From contig OX597823.1 in assembly GCA_951406725.2 (NCBI GenBank), positions 15,128,001-15,192,000 of the forward strand: DNA of 64,000 nt. Reading direction: 5' to 3'. Within the stretch, counting starts at the first letter, position 1. Each line of letters opens with the position of its first letter. The notes beneath the pieces are model-generated. The model was not told the DNA's origin. It ran no database searches and was given only the letters and a program-made list of their open reading frames with translations. Positions 56,138-64,000 of the stretch are shown piece by piece. The position numbers were made by a program, and so were the translations under genes. The DNA comes from Octopus vulgaris. Lineage: Eukaryota.

Positions 56138-56193
<56 letters not shown>

Positions 56194-56251
56194 ATATACA
56201 TGTATATATACATGTATATATATACATATATATATATACATATATATATAC

Positions 56252-56298
<47 letters not shown>

Positions 56299-56308
56299 TA
56301 CATGCACA

Positions 56309-56356
<48 letters not shown>

Positions 56357-56670
56357 TATACATACACACACACATATATATATATTTATGTATGTATGTA
56401 TATTATATATTGGATTTTGGGATTTTATTCAAAGGATACTGGAATGTTACATATATACCATTATGCCTATAAAACGGATTTACAACTTCAACACCTATAC
56501 ATATCTTGCATCTTTTTTCTTTCTTCCACCTCACTCTCTATTTTGTATCACATTTAAACTAACTATGAAGGGATATCATTAATTAATATCCTAGAAACAG
56601 CTGTAAGACCTATCTATAAATGCTCTAATATCTCTACAGTCTTGGTCTTTTATCTTATTACGCAAAAATT

Positions 56671-56726
<56 letters not shown>

Positions 56727-57036
56727 GTATTAGTATCTAGAAGGCCAACATGGCAGGTAAGGCTATGTGAGTGTTACGGGAGGACCGTAGTTAGACTCTC
56801 GGTTCGATAATAATATGAGTGCTATCTTTGTGTGAGCATGTATATGTTAAATAAAATGAGACAACAAACCCAAGGCTGTGTGGAATTTATAGGAAAGTTA
56901 GTCTTACAGCTGTTTCTGGTTATATAAGGAATATTCCTAATATCTCAGAAACAGTTGTAAGACTACCTTTCTCTTTATAAAAGCCCTATATATTCCACAA
57001 AGTTTTGGCTTTGTTAACTCCTTTTATTTCACACAC

Positions 57037-57073
<37 letters not shown>

Positions 57074-57087
57074 AACACACACACACA

Positions 57088-57149
<62 letters not shown>

Positions 57150-57162
57150 CTTTCTTTTGCAG

Positions 57163-57215
57163 TTGGAGAAGAACTTTTCAAATATGCCAGGTATCTACAC
57201 AGTCAAGAATTGTGG
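57163..57215 (+). CDS. Exon of possible SEA-like region (LEKNFSNMPGIYTVKNCG)
   Basis: ttgcag|53 nt|gtaagc, phase 0-2. Confidence 0.8.
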
Positions 57216-57819
57216 GTAAGCCAAATCATTTATCCATTCATTTCAGGTTTCTTCCATCTTTTCTCAAAATACACCAGTGATTTTTTTACCGCAGATGTCA
57301 AGTATTGTAGCGCTTAGATATTATAAATGTTAAATATGCTGTATCGTCTACAATAGTACACAATAATAGTGACATTCACTTATACAATACTATAAACATG
57401 CATTCACATTTTCAGCCCAACCTTTCACTGTCCCCTTCATAGAAAAACAACAAATACTCACACACATAGACACACAAAGGAACATACATGCGTACCTACA
57501 CACATATATATATATATATATAGAAATACAAAATGGCTGACGGTTAGTAAGGAGAGACACAAATAAGAAAGAAGAAAACAAAGGACCACTGATGCGGTCA
57601 CAGGAGTGTGACGAAAGAACTCTGGCCGAAATAAGATTAAGATTAATGTAAAAAATAAATAACACTGAAGCAAAATAACACCAAATATATAGTGCGTGAG
57701 TTTTTATTGGCTAAACTGGCAAAATGACCATTCCGAAATATAACAATACCTCTTTCAACACACGACTTCACATAAAAATCTTGCACAACAAATATTTAAA
57801 CGTATATATATATAGGAAT

Positions 57820-58290
57820 GAGGGCGCATGGCTTAGTGGTTAGGGAATTGCATTCACGATCTCATGTCGTGATTTCAAGTCTTTAACTGGGTTGTGCGTT
57901 GTGTGCTTGAGCAAAACACTTCATCTCACGTTGCTCTGCGATCACGTCGATACCTAACGCGTGGTACGCCATACACCTGTTCAGGCAACCTCGATTTGAT
58001 GGAAGGACAGGTGAGCTCAAATGTGACACGAGCATTTGATCACTGGAAACAAACCATTTGTGCATGTCATTTAGCAAAAATCTGAACGCTCATACGTCGT
58101 CTTCGACGGGTGAGTCCATCATAAATATGTATGGGAGGGGTCTCTTCTTGTCAGACGGCAACGCAGTACCTATGACTCTTTCCAGGGTCATAGGCACTAG
58201 TGGTAGTGAGCGAGGAATACATACCGAAGTTGGAGACATGAAACGAATGTAGGGTCCGCAGAAGACACTGAAGGTACCAGACAATGGGTT
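57820..58290 (+). mobile_element. Diverged tRNA-derived SINE
   Basis: gagggcgcatggcttagtggttaggg head; ttgagcaaaacacttcat motif. Confidence 0.65.
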
Positions 58291-58592
58291 TAAATTATGT
58301 GATTGAACATATTACCTATGTATGCTATAGCGAGATTTGAACCCAGAATGCAATGATCTGGAACGAATACAATCTTCTCACTCCAATTTTCCTAGTTCTG
58401 CCAATAAACCGCTCTGAATGTTTCGTCTCTAAAATTTAGATCTCTATTATTATGGTTAAATCATCTTCCTTTTATCCTTCTATATTCCCACATACTAAAA
58501 ACTCTGATGAACGTCATTGAAAAACAGCTTGTTTGTTTGTTTGTTTGTTTGTTTTATTTAGGTTTCTTTTTGTTTTGAAATTCTTGTTTCAG

Positions 58593-58744
58593 TGCGCAGA
58601 GCAAGACTGAAGTATTTATCATTCACTGCCATGTTCCTAAGAATATTACAAAAGAACAAGTTAAAGAGAAGGCTCGTGTTATTTTGCGATCAAAAGCACT
58701 ACGTAGTTTGGGCTTTGGGCCAGATAGCGAATTAAGTGATAAAA
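58593..58744 (+). CDS. Exon of possible SEA-like region (AQSKTEVFIIHCHVPKNITKEQVKEKARVILRSKALRSLGFGPDSELSDK)
   Basis: ttcag|152 nt|gtaagt, phase 2-1, open frame. Confidence 0.82.
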
Positions 58745-59469
58745 GTAAGTGCTGTGTTTTGTATCATCTTTGTCACCTTCACCAAACATCATCACACTCT
58801 CCCCCTTTTCTTCTTCTTCTTCTCCTTCTGCTTCTTCCGTTTCATCTTCCTCCACCTTTTCATCTACTTCTCACCCTCCTCCTTATTATCATCATCATTA
58901 TCATTGTTATTGTCATCGTCATTATCTCGCAAACCGTTACTCCAGCTTCCTGAAGGTTGTGACCGCAATTGTCAGATGATCAGAAATGAAAACTCAGAGC
59001 CATGGTTTCTGAATTTTAAAGCTCTCCTAAAAATATATAAATCATATTACATCCAATATTGATATGGCTTATAATTAGAATTTTATATCTTCTCATTTTT
59101 TATCTCTTCCATGCAAGCGTGGAAATTGACCAATACTTCCTGTCCTACATGCTTATAGCTGTTCGGATTGTAACAGGCTATCTTGATGACGGCTGTGTAA
59201 ATGGTCCAAAACCGAGAATAATGCTTTTCTTGAATGGTTAATGCTGCGCTGATGCAGTCATATATAAGGAAGTCATACCTTTAAACGCAAACCACAATAC
59301 CTATCTGAGTTTTCCCATCGATTTAGTTCATGAGGGAAGAGGCTATATACCTACAACTGTTCCTTCAGGCACACACAGAGATGAAATACTACAAAATCGG
59401 TCTTAGAATATATAATGAATACAGAAAATATGTGAGTACTAGAGGGGAAACACACTGACTAAGACTTTG

Positions 59470-59872
59470 TATCATCATCATTGTTCGACCGTGGTCGAGA
59501 CAATGGAATTTACCATGCTACGCCAGACTTCACGGTCCATCATGGCATTACGGAGGTCCTGTTGCTGGATGCCTGTATCCCTGGAGATTACATCAGGGTA
59601 GGAGAGTGTGCGCCCTCTGGTATTGCGAGTAGATGGCTTCCAGAGGAGAAGAGTAGAAATTACCTCCTTTTCAGCTCTACAACAATGTCCAGCAAATTGG
59701 ACTCTCCTACCTTTCACATAGGTGGTAGTTTCCCATATATTTGCATTTTGGTTGGATGGCGCTTCCACGAGAGATTTTGAGCTCTCATAAGGAGGCGAGT
59801 GTAGGTTCCATCCAACCGCCTCTCAAGCTTCTTTGATAACGTCCAGGTTTCTGAGCCATATAGCAGAATTGG
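59470..59872 (-). mobile_element. RTE-group LINE 3' fragment
   Basis: LLYGSETWT, RRVQFAGHC, MMDREVWR; (TGA)n tail. Confidence 0.88.
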
Positions 59873-60396
59873 TATATAGTAAATTATATATGTGGTTGTG
59901 TCAATAGGAATTACGTACGAGGCTGAGTGTCAACAAAATGGGATTTTAACAAGCCCTTTTTCAAAAAAGACCTTACCATATGCATTAAGTTCCATATTAA
60001 TTGCTGTGTCAGCAGAGATTCACTAAAGCTTTCCGCTTATATTCTCAAAACACATGAACTCAAATTTCGGAGACAGAAAACACTCTTTATCCAGAAAAAT
60101 CAACATCAGCACATCCTTCTTTAATAAGCATATATCTTTCTTATTGAGCGCATGTCTTTGTGTCACTGCCATATATATTCCTATTTCTTACATGCGAAGA
60201 AAAAAAGTAAACTTTTTTTCCCTTAGGCGCAGGAGTGGCTGTGTGGTAAGTAGCTTGCTAACCAACCACATGGTTCCGGGTTCAGTCCCACTGCGTGGCA
60301 CCTTGGGCAAGTGTCTTCTGCTATAGCCCCGGGCCGACCAATACCTTGTGAGTGGATTTGGTAGACGGAAACTGAAAGAAGCCTGTCGTATATATG

Positions 60397-60431
<35 letters not shown>

Positions 60432-61234
60432 TGTGTGTGTCTGTGTTTGTCCCCCTAGCATTGCTTGACAACCGATGCTGGTGTGTTTACGTCCCCGTCA
60501 CTTAGCAGTTCGGCAAAAGAGTCCGATAGAATAAGTACTGGGCTTACAAAGAATAAGTCCCGGGGTCGATTTGCTCGACTAAAGGTGGTGCTCCAGCATG
60601 GCCGCAGTCAAATGACTGAAACAAGTAAAAGAGAGTAAAAAGAGAGTTACATATCCTGCAAAGAAAACGAATATGATTAATCCGGTATGGTGAACCACAT
60701 TTGGTTGAAAAAAAAATAGTGGTTTGGTGACTTCCATTTTTAAGAGTACAACTGACCTTTCTTAACGGAGGCAATTTTTTTTTTTTTTTTTTTGACATAT
60801 TCATAATATTTTATATTATTCTGAGAGTATAACACTCCATATACATCGATAATATATATTTATTCATTGTTGAAACATCCAACACATTCATACTTGTATA
60901 CTACAAACATTTAATATTACAACACATAGTACCATACCTAAGAGTAATGCAACTACTACTACAACTACTACTACAACTACTACAACTACGATATTAATTG
61001 AAACACAAATACCTGTTCACTCAAGTCTATCGATGCTATTGGTGTTCATTCATTTCCTGTGGTGGCCTAATATATATCAATGTCATCTGACATTGTTATG
61101 GTTAATCTCTATTTTTTTTTATAATAGTGTTTACAGATAAAGCATTTTTCTCAATATTCTTGTATTTTCTTGTATATAAATTATACCAATGTATTTTCTA
61201 ATGCATGTACAATATTCATGTTTTATTTATTCAG

Positions 61235-61346
61235 AGTTTTGCGATGAAGACATAACAAAACACAATGGCACGTTTCAGTGGCCAGTGACAAAAATAGGAG
61301 ATACCGTGAGCATCTCGTGTCTTGCACATATAGCAACAAGAAGCTG
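61235..61346 (+). CDS. Hormone-receptor (HRM) domain exon, first half
   Basis: ttcag|112 nt|gttcgt, phase 1-2; KFCDEDITKHNGTFQWPVTKIGDTVSISCLAHIATRS(C) matches the C...WPxT..G......C...ATRxC pattern of adhesion GPCR HRM domains. Confidence 0.88.
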
Positions 61347-61732
61347 GTTCGTATATATTTTCATATTTCCTTTGAATTTTTGAAATCTTACTGTTTTTGA
61401 AAGGAAACAAGGCAAAGAGCTAGTAGAATTGTTAGTGTGTCGTGCAAACTTCAAGGTGATAAGTCTTGCAGCTCATTACGTTCTGAATCCAAATTCCGCT
61501 GGTGTTAGCTATGCTTTTCATCCTTCTAGGGTCGATAAAAAACAAGTACTAGGGTCAACAGTACTGACTTGCTCCCTTCCCACAAAATTAATGGTCATGT
61601 GCAAAAATTAATAAGAATTATTCTATGAAACAATCTTGCATTATTAAATTATTAAACATTATAATTCAGTATTAAATTATGATAGAAGGGAATGTTTCTA
61701 TATTCAATTGATGTAACAGGTATTTTACTATT

Positions 61733-62070
61733 CAAAGACTTTCAAAAGACTCCGCCGGTTACGACGACGAGGGTCCCAGCTGATACGATCAACGGAACAG
61801 CTTGCTCGTGAAATTAACGTGCAAATGGCTGAGCATTCCACAGACACGTGTACCCTTAACGTAGTTCTCGGGGATAATCAGCGTGACACAGAGAGTGACA
61901 AGGCTGACCCTTTGAAATACAAGTACAACTCATTTTTGCCAGCTGAGTGGACTGGAGCAACGTGAAATAAAGTGTCTTGCTCAAGGACACAACGCGTCGC
62001 CGGGAATCGAACTCATAACCTTACGATCATGAGCCGAATGCCCTAACCACTAAGCCACGCGCCCTCACTA
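61733..62070 (-). mobile_element. tRNA-derived SINE
   Basis: 12-bp TSD tattttactatt; 3' half shared with the 35064/55346 family. Confidence 0.88.
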
Positions 62071-62807
62071 TATTTTACTATTACACAGCATATAACCTAA
62101 GCTATTTTATGTACATATATTTAATCTCCCGGTGAAGGTTCTTGTGGGTTACAATTAGTAGTATTAACATTATGGTCTAAATCAGTCACGGGCACTGAAT
62201 GGTAGTGATGGTGACGGCGGCGATAGCTGTTGCAGCGGTGGCGACGATGATGATGACGATGGTGAGGACACCTACCACTTACAGTTACCATATTTGAATT
62301 ACTCTAGCGTTCCAGGAAACTCTTTTTATCATCACAATTAAGTCAGTTATTCACAACCTTTACTCAGAGAAAGATTTTAGCCTAGACATGAGAAATATAG
62401 TGAAACATTAATTACTTATATAATGTATATGACAGACGTCTACTGTAGTAAGTTAATTTGCTTTTGATATATAACTTACATCGTAGTAAAGTGGGCAGTT
62501 TTTTTTTACAGCAGGTAAGTAAATAATCGTTCCCATTGTACAAATTTCACAGTTTGGTCCACTGAACTATGTTGACAACAGAACACATAGCATATACATT
62601 TCAGCTTGGCAGATATTACCGTTGTGAGGTAAATGTAATCATTTAGGCGCAGGAGTGGCTGTGTGGTAAGTAGCTTGCTTACCAACCACATGGTTCCGGA
62701 TTCAGTCTCAATGCGTGGTACCTTGGGCAAGTGCCTTCTACTATAGCCTCGGGAAGCCCAAGCCTTGTGAGTGGATTTGGTAGACGGAAACTGAAAGAAG
62801 CCCGTCG

Positions 62808-62840
<33 letters not shown>

Positions 62841-63696
62841 AGTTAATCCAAACAAGAAACCACAGAAAAAAAGAGAAAAAAAACATAGCAACGCGAGGAC
62901 GTGGAACAATTAAAGTATTATTGACGCTCAGGAAAGAAGGGAAGGAGGGTTTAACGTTTCGAGCGGAGCTCTTCGTCGGAAACAAGGAGAAGGAAAGATC
63001 CCAAGAAGGGAAAACAGAGGAAAAAATATTTTTGCTGGTGGTGCTCAAGAGATCACATGTTGAAACCGATGCCGGTGTGTTTACGTCCCCGTAACTTAGC
63101 GATTCGGCAAACGAGACCGATAGAATAAGTACTAGGCTTACAAAGAATAAGTCCTGGGGTCGATTTGCTCGACTAAAGGTGGTACTCCATCATGGCCGCA
63201 GTCAAATGACTGAAACAAGTAAAAGAGTAAATGAGTATTTGCTAGGAAAATAACGCAGTAATGATGATGGAATATGCCCGTGACGTCATCCTCATTTTTG
63301 ACGAACAGCTTTTGGTCAACCATACCATTTAAACTGAACTTGAATTTTAAAGAAACTGTAACAACGACAAATAATAAATTTATAAATAATCTGACGTAAG
63401 AATTTTTTAAATCTAAAGTTTAGTCAAATATTTTACATGTTTTTATGGGTATCTATTTTGGAGACACGTAGGATTCGAGACAAATCACATTACGTAAAAG
63501 GAAGAAGGAATATGAGAATGGGGAAGAAAGTGTTTTCTCAATTTCTACTCCAGTAAATTTATTGACTGGTGAATGAATGTTGAGAGAACAGTCCGAGTGA
63601 ATGGCCCTGCTCTGAGATTGCGTCTCTTGACCGGAAAAGGCGGCTGAAAGAGGGGCACCGTTCTGTAGTATCCTTGTCACTCAGGAGTGATTCAGA

Positions 63697-63749
63697 TGCT
63701 GTGGAGTTCCTTGGTGCCGTGGAGTTCCTTGGTGCTGTGGGGTTCCTGG
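63697..63749. repeat. 18-bp tandem repeat x3 (tgctgtggagttccttgg)
   Basis: Direct reading. Confidence 0.85.
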
Positions 63750-64000
63750 ATGGTACTATTGTGTATTGGGGAGTTTTGACGTCATTAGTTTTTTGTTATT
63801 GTTTCATTTTGTACACGTGTACATGTAAATCCCCACTATCATTTATCTTTGTATTGCTCGAAATGTTTCGTGGCTTTTGTGAGGAATAAAGCAAACATTA
63901 ATTCTTATTTCGATAGATTACGGATGAGATCGACGTATTTTTTTTTCTATTCGTTTTATGTTGATGAAATAAGATTGACTAATATAATTTTCAATTGATT

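Noticed and set aside
63674-63889. ORF with AVEFLG x3 as the next exon
   Set aside because: Produced by an 18-bp tandem repeat; lacks the expected second half of the HRM domain and convincing splice sites.

Overview
Eukaryotic, AT-rich, microsatellite- and SINE-rich DNA; the SINE families resemble those of Octopus (inferred, not database-checked). The window is almost entirely the 5' half of one + strand, intron-rich gene that the ORF track largely misses. Reading GT-AG splice sites gives a degenerate LRRNT exon, 15 one-repeat LRR exons (14 x 72 nt, 1 x 69 nt, all phase 2-2), an LRRCT exon, two tandem two-exon Ly6/uPAR (three-finger) modules, three exons of a possible SEA-like region and the first half of a hormone-receptor (HRM) domain. 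The 24 exons from 2089 to 61346 splice into one open frame. This is most likely an LRR-type adhesion GPCR whose GAIN/7TM part lies beyond the window. The LRR array grew by duplication of a two-exon cassette and shows amino-acid-biased divergence, mosaic units and one lost exon. One intron holds a 354-bp tandem array (3 copies plus an inverted copy), each copy carrying a canonical type I hammerhead ribozyme (retrozyme/Penelope-like). Several variant hammerhead motifs and long inverted repeats lie in other introns. The rest is decayed mariner, Tigger, Chapaev-like, Helitron, LINE, Penelope-like and SINE sequence plus simple repeats.
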